Below are positions 1 through 15,783 of a stretch of DNA of 64,000 nucleotides, in pieces. How positions within the stretch are numbered: position 1 is the stretch's first letter; every line of letters begins with the position of its first letter. The notes under the pieces are model-generated. The model saw only the letters and a program-made list of their open reading frames with translations, ran no database searches and had not been told where the DNA came from. Origin of the DNA: the human T2T-CHM13v2.0 reference genome, Homo sapiens. Both the position numbers and the translations under genes were made by a program. Where the stretch lies: NCBI RefSeq assembly GCF_009914755.1, contig NC_060943.1. The stretch is one strand, 5' to 3'.

Positions 1-287
1 GTGATTGTTAATTTAAAAACTGCTGAATTTTTTCCAAGGCCATTTTGTTATCTATTTTAATTTTATGTTTTTCTCCTTAAATTTATTGATGTATTGATTT
101 GTACTTATGACTTTATTAAATTTTAAACATTTCTTGTAATATGCTACAATTTTTGTCATACTGCTAGAGTCCATTTGGTGATATTTTAATTAGAACTTTT
201 TCATCTATAGTCAAGGCAGTATTATAGTTTCTTTTTATTTTATTGATAAGATTTTAGAGTTGTAATGATCTGTTCTTTAACACCTAG

Positions 288-672
<385 letters not shown>

Positions 673-828
673 TAGCAGGGTTTATTTTTTATAAATTACT
701 TAGAATTTTCTATAAACGCAATCAGGACATCTGTCAAGACAGTTCCTTTTAATTTATATTTCCTTTATTTGCCATACTGCACAGGCTAGGGCATTCTGTA
801 GAGTGTTGAATGGAAATGTTCAAAGCAA

Positions 829-1119
<291 letters not shown>

Positions 1120-1585
1120 TTATCAGAGCAGACATCCTTACCTTGAGTCTGACTTTAGTGAAAAAGCAGTCAATAATTTATCATAAAGTTCTATGTTAGC
1201 TGTTTATTTTCCCTAGATATTCTTTTTGGTTTTTTGACAAATCTTGGGGCAATTTGCCATTGAAGTCATCTGAGTCAACCTTTCTTTGCGGAAAGGATTT
1301 TTAGTGGTAGTTTCAAGGACAATATACCAAAAATATTGAATTTTTCTATCATAGCAAACAATTGAAAATGAAATCAAAAAAATTTTCATTGATAAAGAAC
1401 ATAAAATACTTAGGAATATATTTAACAAAACACATGCAAGACTACTACCTAAAAATTACACAATTTTGTTGAGAGAAGCTAGGGAAGGCCTTAATAAATT
1501 GAAACATCTTCCATAATTACAGATGAGAAGACCCAATGTTTAGAAGTCATTTCTCAAATTGATCTAGGGATTCAGTGGAATCCAG

Positions 1586-3823
1586 TCAGAATTTGTTCTG
1601 GAGCACAGCAGTGAAGTGAGGATTGGAGGGAGCTGGTGTAGCTGCACTTTGAGGTAGGTTCATTAGCTGTTGCAAAAGGCTGGTGATAGTCACTGTTGGA
1701 AGATGATAGAGGAGGAGAGAGAAGGGACTCAGTAAGCATGGCAGCACCTCATCTTGTGCATCTTTCTTGATAAGGAAAGGGAGGTCCCTGGCTGTTGTCA
1801 TGAAAATGTCAGCTGCTTGCTCTGTGGAGAGGAAAGGAAGAATACGGGCAACCATTGTCTTCCCTTTTTGGATACACATGATCTGTACAAAGCGGTCATC
1901 ACTAGGCCTCTCTTGTCCAGGCTGTTTCCCTCTTAAGTTGTCATACATGCTACAAATTCCGTACTTTCGCTCATCCATTAGAGCAGGTCGCTGTCTTAGA
2001 CTTAGGAGATAATGTCTTTCATAGTCCTCCACATCAAGGAGTAAACTGTAGGTTTTCTTAATTATGACGGGTTTTTCTCCTCTTGTCTCGAATTTGTTTT
2101 TCTTTTATCTCATCATCCTCACTCCAAGATGTCACAACAGCATCAATCATTTTTCAGGGATTATTCACACTAGAAACAGTAAGCTTTCCCAAAGAGCCCA
2201 CAAATTGTACTGGCTTATAGGTGCGCTCCAGTTTGGCCACTTGAGGGGTAATAAGCTTGTTATGCTCCTTTTTAGGGCCATCACCTCGTATTTCTTCAGC
2301 AGCTGATGGTTTCTCCAGTTTTTCAAAGTAATTCTGGTAATAAAAATCATCCAGGTGGGGACCATTGCTTTGCAGTTGCATCATCTGAATTTTAGAGGCC
2401 CAATCCTTTTCCCACAGCAACATGAGATTGGCATATGGATCCTTTCGGAGATGATCTTGATGACTGCTCCAGTGACTTCCTCTATCTCCTGCACCACTGA
2501 GATTCTGATGCTGATTTCTATTCTGTTGCTGTCTCTGATGCAAGAGTCAATGGTGCTGTGGATGGAGGGGAGTTGCGTCCAGTCTAAACACTGGGACTTG
2601 AGATCTTAAGTTTTGCAAGTGAGGTCCTGGGCCAGGAGGGCGCTGCTGTGGAGGTGGTGTAGCGGAGGGTGGAGCACTAAAGAAGGCATGGAAGCCTGGT
2701 GCTGGGGGAAGCATCTGCCCAACTTGCCCTTGTAGCAACTTGGGATTCATAGCAGCATGCAGACTACCAACAAATCCAGGGACCCATGCAAACTGGCTGG
2801 GAGACATCTGTCCAGGCTGTAGCTGTGCTCCTCCAAGAAGCTGTGCTCTCTGAAAGGGGCTGAGAACAGGAGGAACACTAGGAGGAAAAGGGTGACCCAG
2901 GAGGGAAGAGTTCAGGACACTGTAGAGCTGATTTGGAGGCATCCTCTCATCATAGGGACCAGGATAACACGGTGGCATTGGGGGCCGAACATGGACAGGC
3001 TTTGAACGCAGAATCTTCCAAATTGGCTTTCGTTTTCAGTTGCTGGTTTCAGGCGGAGGAAAGTCTATGGAATAGGACTGCACAGGCTCTGTTGGGTAAA
3101 GCTGGGTACGGCCATCTGCTTAGGTGGGGTGCCTATGGGGACAGCTCTAACAGGAGGACTGCCAATGACAGGTGAAGTTGACCACCTTGGTAATGCATGT
3201 TCAGAAAGGTCCCAATCATTTTCTGGACCCTGGGGGGCCTCTGAGGCAAGGCATATTCTAATACAGACACTGTAGACATTTCCTAAGTGAGCAGTGGTCC
3301 TCAGATTTGCCTCATAACTTTGGATCCATCCCAGATACTGGAATTCAGATTTCCTGGTTGGGGTTATAAAACTGGCCTGGTCTGCACTGCCCTCATGATA
3401 GCTGGATCTTCTAGTTCATTTTCAATCACCATCTTACTGAGCCTTTCTGCCAGATTTTCCTCATGGTCACCCAACAAGTCCATTTCTTCCCTTTCTCCAT
3501 TGCCTGTTTGTTCATTAACTGCCACTGGTAGCTTTTCTTCCAATTCAGCCAGGCACTCATGTGCTTCCTGCCAATCATCATCAACTGCACCTGACCCAAA
3601 AATATCATCATTGAATTGATCAATCTCTTCATCTTCTTCTCTCAGTCCCTGAAATTCATCTTCATCTTCATCCAGAAGACAATCCTCCCAAGACTCATAG
3701 TGGAACATTCTTGGGGAGGTGGGGGGGAGTGGGGAGGGGAGTGGGGGAGGGAGGGAAGAAGCACTGACTCCCTGGGCTCCTCCATGGGCAGGTCCTCCAC
3801 CAGCTTGCGACCCCTGGCCACCT
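1586..3823 (-). pseudogene. PATL1 (Pat1b, mRNA decapping/P-body factor) processed pseudogene, 3'-truncated
   Basis: Collinear intronless ORF pieces match PATL1 as I recall it: [21 protein letters not shown].. (ATG 3708), Pro-rich region, ..KDPYANLM.., ..FTAVLQNKF. Premature stops at 3364-3366, 2547-2549 and 2154-2156, plus frameshifts. Includes a G/C-rich 5' UTR (3709-3823). No C-terminal ~85 codons, 3' UTR or poly(A). Confidence 0.95.
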
Positions 3824-4977
3824 ATTTCTGTTTCTTTTTTTGTTCCTATGAATTCTAGTTACTATCATGTATCATTTCCTTACTCCAATACAACTCTGCT
3901 GTCATTTACTTCCTTTATGCTGTTATTGTCAAATATATTACATTTCCATGTTATAGGCCCAACAATATAATTATGTACATACTGTATTATACAACTGCCT
4001 TTTAAATTTATTAAGAGAAGTAAAAAGAAATGTGCATTTGTGCTGCTTTTTGTAATTTTAATTATATTAATTTTGTTCTTTTTAAAAATGTGGTTTTGAA
4101 TTTCCATGTAGATTTACTTGCTTTGTTTGAATAACCTTTACAATTTCTTATGTGGTAGGTCTGGGAAGGGCTTTATTTCACCTTCATTTTTGAAAGACAG
4201 TGTGTTACTGCTTGACAGAGCTTTTGTCGTTTGAGTACTTTGAATATATCATCCCACTACCTTCATCCCCTCCATTGCTTTGGATAAGAAGTCAGCTGTC
4301 AATCGATTGGTGTTCCATTGTAAGCGACACATCATTTTTCTCTTATATTTTTCAACATTTTCTTTCACTTTTAGCATTTCTACTATGATAGGTCTGTTCA
4401 TGGATATCTTCGCATTCATTCTGATTACAGTTTGTTGAGATGCTTGTGGGTATTGATTAATGTTTATTCAACAAATTGTGGATGTATTTTGCCATTATTT
4501 CTTTGAATATTTTTGTGCTCATTTCTCTTTCTCCTTTCCTTCTGGTATTCTCATTACATGTATGTTCATGCACTTAAAAGTGCTCTGTTCATATTTTCTT
4601 GTTCTTCAAGGCTCTGTTCATATTTTCTTTGTTCTATTTTCTCATTCTATTTCATTTTATTTTCTTATTCTTTTTTCTAGTGGGAAGATGGAATTGAGGT
4701 TGCATAATTTCCATTGATCTGTTTGAAAGTTTTCTATTTACTTGCTGATCAAATTTGTTTAGCCCTTCTAATGAATTTTTTATTTTGGTTACTGTAGTCT
4801 TCAACTCCAGAACTTACATTTGGTTCATTTTGTCATTTCTCCTTATTGATTTTCTTTATTTGATGAGACGTTATCTTTATATTTTCCTTTACTGCTGTGA
4901 ATATATAATGGCTACATCGAAGTTTTTGTCTATTAAATATGACATCTGTTCCCTGTCATAGGCCAACCTGTTGCCGT

Positions 4978-5283
4978 TTTTTTTTTTTGTTGTTGTTGTT
5001 TTGTTTTGTTTTTTTTTAAGAGTCTTGCTCTGTTGCCCAGGCTGGAGTGTAGTGGTGTGATCTTGGCTCACTGCAACCTCTCCCTCCTGAATTCAAGCGA
5101 TTCTCGTGTCTTAGCCTAGTTATAGGCATGTGCTACCATGCCTGCCTAATTTTTGTATTTTTAGTAGAGATGGGATTTCATCATGTAGTCCAGGCTGGTC
5201 TCAAAACTCCTGAGCTCAAGTGATCTGCCAACCTTGGTCTCCAAAAGTGCTGGGATTACAGGTGTGACCCACTGCACCTGGCC
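4978..5283 (-). mobile_element. Alu (S/J), specific to copy 1
   Basis: Dimer; the paralogous site near 43570 is empty. Confidence 0.85.
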
Positions 5284-8200
5284 TGCTTGCTGTTCTCCTG
5301 TGTATAGGTCCAACTTTCCCATTTGTTTGCATGTCTTAATTTACTTTTTATTATTTTCCTAATAAGTAGACATATTAGGAAACATACTGTAGTGATTTGC
5401 CTGTCCCCTCTCCAGAGCTTGTTCTTGTTGTTGTTTGCTTGGCTATGTATTTTGTGTTTTGGCTAAGCTATTTTAGTAAAATCGATTTCCCTTTCCCCTT
5501 GCAGTGTGAAGTATTTTGTGTTGTTCCTCAGCCTTAAACATATGCAGTTACCCTGCTGTGACAATGGTTTTAAACAGGAGTCTTTTTGACTATCTTTCCC
5601 TATCTCTCTGTTAAGATAACTGCCCCCTTGGTATTATTTCCAGCCCACTAAGCTCCGCTGCCGTCTATCTGGTCACTCCATTGTTTTCAACATTTCCTTG
5701 GAGCCTAAATTATTAAGCAGTTTAATATAATTTAAGTCAGGCAGGGCTAATTTTTGAGGCCAGTTTTTAAGGTTTCTTTTGACCTTTGGAGGGCTCCTTA
5801 GCTGTCTCTTCCCATGGAATTATCTGATTAACTACCTGGCCTATGGTTTATGTTGTTGTGTTTACTTTAGGGGAGCTATTTGTTTGACACTGTTTCAGAT
5901 AAAGTCCATTCCTTTGGAGAGAGCTTCAGAGCTCTATTCTTATGGACTGCCACTCCCTCTGGACAAAATCTCTGAACCACCATTCTGGGTAATGGGCTGG
6001 GTTGTAGCCATCTTGTTTTTTATGTTATGAAACCTCTGCCTTAGAAGCAAGTGGAGGCAAGGGCAATCTGGGTGCAAATGAGTTCACTCTGCCTGGGTAG
6101 AGTTTCCAAACTCTGGGTGGGGCTGGGGGAAGCAAAGGAGCCCCAAACCTCCTAGTTGCGTTCACCAGGAATTTAGCCACTTTAACCAAGAGCTGGTGGG
6201 GATAAGAAACCCTGGAGGCATGCCCCTCCTGTTGATATATGACAAACCTTGATTGACAGCTGCAGCCCCATCATCTTGGCAGCATCCACCCACAGAGAAG
6301 CTTCTATCAAATTGAGCTGTGAAGAGTAAAAGGGAGTTGTGTCTTAAATGCCACAAATTCTCTTACCAAGTTCTTGGTTCTTACCAAGTTTTAGTAGAAT
6401 TTCTTGATATTTCACTTCCTATATACTGTTTGGACACTTTCAGACCTCAAATGGCAAGGTTTTTATACATTTTTTTTTGCCAGTTTTATTAGAAAATGAG
6501 TTTGCAGAGCCCCCCCATCTACCATCCAGAAGTGGAACTACATATAGTCATTTAACAATAGTTTAGCATTTTCTGTCATCTCATTCTGGAGAATCATAGA
6601 TGTGGCAGAAATACATATTCTTGAAGAAAAAAAAAGTCTCCCTTATGGGTACTGTGATTTCAATAGGGTGTGGGATAAGTACATGACAACATGCATGGGA
6701 TAGACACTCTGTTCTCTACAGATCCGTGCTTTGGAATTACAGAACATAAAAGATATAATGATGGTTATTACTTTTTACATGTGACAATCTAGTTGTAGCG
6801 TTTAAGATTAAATTTGGTTGTGAGTAAAATAGTAAAACTGCCCCAAATTAAAGTGGATAAAATATAATAAAAGTTAATTTCTCTGTCATATAATATGGAT
6901 GTAAGCCTGATACTGTGGCCTTGCTCTAAACCAATCATGAATTTTACCATTCTGGCATCAGAATGGAATGAGCACTCAGACTTATACAGAACTTGGAAGA
7001 ATAGTAAATAATTCTGGTTACCCTTCACCCAGATTTCTCAAATATTAATATATTAAGCTAGTTTGTTTTAAGAGGTTTCCAGAATTGCCAAAATATTCAC
7101 TTACATCCTACTTGCCATAAGTTATGTCACATGACAACACCTTGGAGAAATAACTGCAGTCCTTATTCTAGATAGTCACAGCCAACTATCAATAAAAATT
7201 ACTGGTTCTATAATCATGAAAGCAGGGTAGAATGGATATGCGGGCCTAATAAATAACAGATCCTGACCCACTGAGGAATCCTGGAGATGGTTTCATTTTG
7301 ATCAATTACAAATGAAGACAGTGAATCCCTGAGACCACAACTTGTGCAGAAGACTCATTGAAATGGAATGGTATTCTGGAAATTAAGACACACAGGTCCG
7401 TTATCCCTCATACCCCAAGCTGGATGATCACAATACCCTGTAAAAGGATGACAGAAATCTTGTGTCTACTTTTTCTTCTTTTCTGGGGAGTCTATGAACA
7501 TTCAAGATAACATCCATGACTGAATATTCTAAAACAAGTTTCTTTACAACGCTGCTCAGAAACACCATGACAAATTTAAATCAGAGCAATATCTCCAAAA
7601 ATGGGAGGCAGATTAATGTATCATTTCAGCCAGGCCTTAAAAGGAGATAAACTTCTCAGCTATCACCATACATAAAACATAATTCAATAAAATACCAAAT
7701 GCAAACAAGAGCAGATCATAGAAATGTAAGTTGAGAAAATTCAGAGGGAACTTCTGACCTTAGGATGACATTTTCAACTCTGAAACTATTAAAAGAATTC
7801 TAACAAAAGCAGCATCTTTTTTTCCATACCTGTAACTGCCATGTGCACTCACAGCAGCCAGATTTTTTGGTCTCTAATTCTTTTTTCCTCTAAAAGGAAC
7901 CAGGACTCCCTAAGATAAGAGGGTATTAAATCATGAGTTGATTCCATGACTCAGGACAAGAGGCATGGGGGACATGAACCAACAAACAGGGTCAGTCTTA
8001 AACATCCTCTTACGGCCTGAAAACAATATTCCTTTAAAACATCAAAAGAAAAAAATAAGTAGTAAAAAAAAAATGTAAATGGATTCCTACTGGCCACATT
8101 ATGTCAATTTGAGCATAAATAATAATAATTACTACAGGTGCTTCTCAACTTACGGGGAGTTATGTCCAAATAAACCCATCATAAATTGAAAACATCATAC

Positions 8201-8299
8201 ACCATATGTGCATTTATGGTCTACAATATTTTCAATTTAACAATGGGTTTATCTAGATATAGCCCCATTTTAAGTCAAGGAGCATACTCTGACTGAGTA

Positions 8300-8716
8300 T
8301 GTCTTAGTTTTGTGTTGCTATAAAGGAATGTCTGAGGTTGGGTTATTAATAAAGAAAGAGGTTTATTTGGCTCAGTGTTCTGTAGGATTTACAAGAATCA
8401 TGGTGCAACATCTGCTTCTGGTAAGGGCCTCAGGCTGCTTCCACTCATGGCAGATGAAAGGGGGCAGTGTATGCAGACATCACATGGCAAGAGAGGAAGC
8501 AAGAGGGTGAGGAAGGAGGTGCCAGGCTCTTTTGTACAACCAGCTCTCATAGGAACTAACAGAGTGATAATTCACCCCCCAATCCAGAGAGGACATTAAT
8601 TTATTCATGAGGGATCTTCTCCCATGACCCACACACCTCCCATTAGGCCCCACCTCCAACATTGGGATCAAACTTCAATATGAGATTTGGAGGGGATAAA
8701 TATCCAAACTATAGCA
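8300..8716 (-). mobile_element. MST (MaLR) solo LTR nested in a Tigger/MER47-like fossil (~8133-8778)
   Basis: Minus strand begins TGCTATAGTTTGGATATT and ends AATAAACCTC...CTAAGACA. Confidence 0.85.
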
Positions 8717-9429
8717 GCATATCACTTTTGTACTATTATAAAGCTGAAAATTATAAGTCAAACCATTTTAAGTTGGGGATTACAGGCGTGAGCCACCGTG
8801 CCTGGCCGTGATTTTTAAATTTGTACATACTTGGTTTGTAACTTTAACAAATATATTAAAGTGTTTTATTATGTTTGCAAAGGGACTCTGACTTCCAACA
8901 TAGTACTGCCATGATTGCATGATGATAGAGTTTCACCGAAAGGCTGCCAGGGATCTTTCTGACAACTCTTAATGATACTACCGGGATGTGCAATGACCCA
9001 GAAAGGAGTTGTGCTAGGTTAATACCCAGGGACTCTGCTGATTTCAAAGAAGAAAGTTCAAGAGAATGGATAGAAAAAAGATGAAACTGGAAATAAAAAA
9101 TAGGAACATAAGATTTGAAAGCCAAGTTTTATATAATCTTGTTTTATAAGTTGTATAACATCATTGCAATATCAATACCTGAAAAATACTTGGAAAATTA
9201 TAACTTTACTTATGATTATAGATGCAATTAAATGGTAAAAGATAGAATTAAGTAGTCTATTGAAAGAATAATCATCTGACCAGGGTATATTCATAAAAAG
9301 AAGAAAGCTATCAATATAAATTATCACTTTATAGATTTTTCAACACAATGGAATAAAATCACAAAGGATTATTCTTAATCTTAAAAAAAATTTAATCTAA
9401 TTCATGATGCCACATCGGTATCATGTTTT

Positions 9430-9728
<299 letters not shown>

Positions 9729-10642
9729 TAATGGTATCATGTTTTACAGCTTGATTTAAAGGGTTAATATTTTTTCAAATTTTTATCAACAGCTCATGTA
9801 CCAGCCATGGTATAGGTGCTGGTGATAAATGCTGAACAAAAAAGAGGTTCCGGACAATCTTGGCTCCCTATACAATCCAAAGGGTGCCAGTTTTGTACTG
9901 AGTACAGTGTCAGCCATATCACACAAGTTGAATTATGTTGACGCTTTAATGGCATTCATTTCTCAATAGTCTATTTCAATTTTCATTTTGTATTCAATCC
10001 AGGGCTTAAGTACACGTGACTATAACTTTTCAGAGATGACAACGTCTCTCCATAGATTACTTACCCACTACAAACTAAATCTTTACAATGGACTTACGGC
10101 GGTTACCAGCTTACCCAAATGATCATCCTTAGTTTCACTAATGCAAGGACCTGTACTTAAATGTTTTCTGACAGTACAATATGACATAGAAATAACCTAC
10201 AAAGTATTCTTCCCCAAAACGTTTAATCTAGACCTAAGAAAGCCTCTGGACTTACTTTCCCTTGTAAAGAAAATACAACCAAGAACAAGGCTAAATGACA
10301 CTATAAAGAAAGAAATCTAAACACATAGCCAACAACATTTCTGGGCTACTCAAAATTCAATGTCATTTTTTTAAAATGAGAAATGTTCTAGACCAGTGGC
10401 TCTCTAACTCTGGTTGGTATCACAGACACAAAACCTGGAGAAATAATAAAAAACAGAGGCCCAGGCTTATAAACTAGGGCTACACTTCTGTAGGTTTACT
10501 AAGTTCCACAGGGGATTCTGATACCCACCATAATTTGAGAGCATACTTTCATGGGGTTTCCATGCTACAATACACTAAAGAGAGATAACCAAATGCAATG
10601 CAGAATCTGCAATGGACTCTCCTTAGAAAATGAATAGCTGTA

Positions 10643-10942
10643 GGCCAGGCATGCTGGCTCATGCCTGTAATCCCAGCACTTTGGGAGGCCAAGGCGGGTG
10701 GATCACGAGGTCAGGAGATCGAGACCATCCTGGCTAACAGAGTGAAACCCTGTCTCTACTAAAAATACAAAAAATTAGCTGGGCATGGTGGCGGGTGCCT
10801 CTAGTCCCAGCTACTCAGGAGGCTGAGGCGGGAGAATGGCGTGAACCCAGGAGGCAGAGCTTGCAGTGAGCCCAGATCGCACCACTGCACTCCAGTCTGG
10901 GCGACAGAGCGAGACTCCATCTCAAAAAAAAAAAAAAAAAAA
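10643..10942 (+). mobile_element. AluY in predicted ZNF780B 3' UTR
   Basis: TSD agaaaatgaatagctgta; empty site near 51145. Confidence 0.9.
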
Positions 10943-11289
10943 GAGAAAATGAATAGCTGTAAAAGATGGTTTGCAGGCCAAGGAAGAAATCTGAAGATGG
11001 AATGATATTACAGAATTATGAATATTTTCCTTAAGGGTAATTATGGTACTATGGTTATATGATATTGTCTTTATGTTTGGGTAACACACATGCTGATGTA
11101 ACAAGGAGTAAAGTGTCATGATATCTAAAACTTATTCTCAATGGTCTAAAACTTATTCTCAATGGTACAACAAATATACAAAAAATAAATGTGGCAAATT
11201 GTTAACAATTTTGAATCTAGGTGGGGGGGATATGTGTATATATTTTACTATTCTTTCAAAACCCACAACAATTATCAACTAGGTTCACC

Positions 11290-11570
11290 ATCTTTTATGG
11301 GCAGGATTTGTGGTATCCCCAAACAATTACACTAGTAACAATTACACTAGTAATCAAAAAACACTGGTCACAGATCACCATAACAGATTTAACAATGAAA
11401 AAGTTTGAAATATTATGAAAACTAGCAAAGTGTGACACAAAGACATGAAATGTGCATATGCTGTTTGGAAAATGGTGCTGATAGACTTATTCACTGCAAG
11501 GTTGCTGCAAACCTTCAGTGTGTATAAAATGCAGTAACTGCAATGCACAATTAAGCAAGGTACGCCTGTA
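11290..11570 (+). mobile_element. Tigger2/MER28-like DNA transposon fragment (paralogue ~51472-51742)
   Basis: cacagatcaccataacaga...gctgcaaaccttca...aggtacgcctgta terminus. Confidence 0.7.
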
Positions 11571-11619
11571 TCCAGTAAAATATTTCACGGGCAGTAAACT
11601 GTGAACATGGCAGCTACTC

Positions 11620-12660
<1,041 letters not shown>

Positions 12661-15116
12661 GTTTTTGATGCAGAGAAAGTTGTAGGTGAAGTCTAAAAGC
12701 CTTCCCACACTCCTTACATTCATAGGGTTTCTCACCAGTATGAATACTCTGAGGTTGAACAAGGTTTGAGCCACGATTAAAGGCCTTCCCACACTCCTTA
12801 CATTTAAATGGCTTCTCACCAGTATGAATGATCTGATGTTGAGCAAGCTGTGTCAGAAGACCAAAGGCCTTTCCGCATTCTTTACATTCAAAGGGTTTCT
12901 CACCAGTATGAATTCGGTAATGTTCAGTAAGCTGGTAATGATATCTAAAGGTCTTCCTACACTCCTTACATACAAAGGGTTTCGCACTGGAATGAGTTTT
13001 CTGATGCTGAATAAGGTTTGAAACACGACTAAAGCCTTTCCCACACTCCTTACATTCATATGGTTTTACACCAGCATGAATACTCTGATGTTGAACAAGG
13101 TTTGAGACACGATTAAAGGACTTCCCACATTCTTTACATTTAAATGGCTTCTCACCTGTGTGAATGTTCTTATGGTGATTAAGCTGGGTGTGAAGACTGA
13201 AGGCCTTGCCACATTCCTTACATTCAAAGGGCTTCTCACCAGTATGAAATTTCTGATGTCGAATAAGGTGCATATGAAGTCGAAAGGCTTTCCCACATTC
13301 CTTACATTCAAAGGGTTTCTTTCCGGTATGAATACTTCGATGTTGATTAAGATTTGAACCACGACGAAAGAATTTCCCACATTCCTTACATTCAAAGGGT
13401 TTCTCACCTGTATGAGTTTTCTCATGTTGAGAAAGTTGTAGGTGAAGTCTAAAAGCCTTCCCACACTCCTTACATTCATAGGGCTTCTCACCAGTGTGAA
13501 TACTCTGATGTTGAACAAGGTTCGAGCCACGATTGAAGGCCTTCCCACAGTCTTTACATTCAAATGGTTTCTCACCAGTATGAATGTTCTTATGTCGAGC
13601 AAGCTGTGTCAGAAGACTAAAGGCCTTTCCACATTCTTTACATTCAAAGGGTTTCCCACCAGTATGAATTTGGCAATGTTGAATAAGTTGGTAATGATAT
13701 CGAAAGGCCATCTCACATTCCCTACATACAAAGGGTTTCTCATTGGAATGAATTTTTTGATGCTGAATAAGATTTGCACCACGATTAAAGCCTTTCCCAC
13801 ACTCCTTACATTCATATGGTTTTACATCAGCATGAATACTCTGGTGTTGAATAAGGTTTGAACTACGATTAAAGGACTTCCCACATTCTTTACATTCAAA
13901 TGGTTTTTCACCTGTGTGAATATTCTTATGGCGATTAAGCTGATTGAGGAGACTAAAGGCCTTCCCGCATTCCCTGCATTCAAAGGGCTTCTCACCCATA
14001 TGAATCTTCTGATGTCGAACAAGCTTTGTCAGAAGAGTAAAGGCCTTTCTGCATTCTTTACATTCAAAGGGTTTCTCGCCAGTATGAATTCGGCAATGTT
14101 CAATGAGTTGGTAATGATATCGAAAGGCCATCTCACATTCCCTACATACAAAGGGTTTCTCATTGGAATGAATTTTTTGATGCTGAATAAGATTTGAACC
14201 ACGATTAAAGGCTTTCCCACACTCCTTACATTGATATGGTTTTACACCAGCATGAATACTTTGATGCTGAGTAAGGTTTGAGCTACGATTAAAAGACTTC
14301 CCACATTCCTTACATTCAAACAGTTTCTTAACTGTGTGAATGTTCTTATGGCGATTAAGCTGGGTGGGAAGATTAAAGGCTTTTCCACATTCCTTACATT
14401 CAAAAGTTTTCTCACCAGTATGAAATTTCTGATGTCGAGTAAGTTGTATGTGAAGTTGAAAGGCTTTCCCACATTCTTTGCATTTATAGGGTTTCTCTCC
14501 AGTATGAATACTCTGATGCTGAATAAGATTTGAACCACAACTAAAGTATTTCCCACATTCCTTACATTCATATGGTTTATGTGTATTATGAATAGGAGAA
14601 GCATGAGTATAAGCAGGCATTTCTTCATAGCTGATGATCTTCTGGTTGATATATCCTTCTTGATGTCCCTGTCGTCCCTCAAATCTACTTCTATATTCTG
14701 AGTCATTTCTAAAATAAAAGGCCTCGAGGCCAAGTGTTTTACTTATTTGCTTTATAACATGTTTGGGTAAATTTATTTCAAAAATATCATTTTCTGGAGA
14801 TATTTTCTCAGGTCCATATTTTGACTCCAAATCTGAAAGAAATGAAGAAGGCAAACCTATTTTATTTTCCTATAACATACATGCATACAAAATCCATTAA
14901 ACAAATGGCCTAAGTATAAAATATAATACTTTCAGGGAAGGGATCTGAAAAAGGAAAAGGGTGCCAATAATGAATTTATGTAAGATGGTGGTGTGCATAA
15001 GGGAACAGGTTAACTTTGTCAAATTTAGGTGTGAATCAAAACCATTTGGTAAGATTAAATATATTGATATTCAAGCAACTCAGATGTACAGAATCAGAAT
15101 TTTTAGTGAAGAAAGC

Positions 15117-15783
<667 letters not shown>

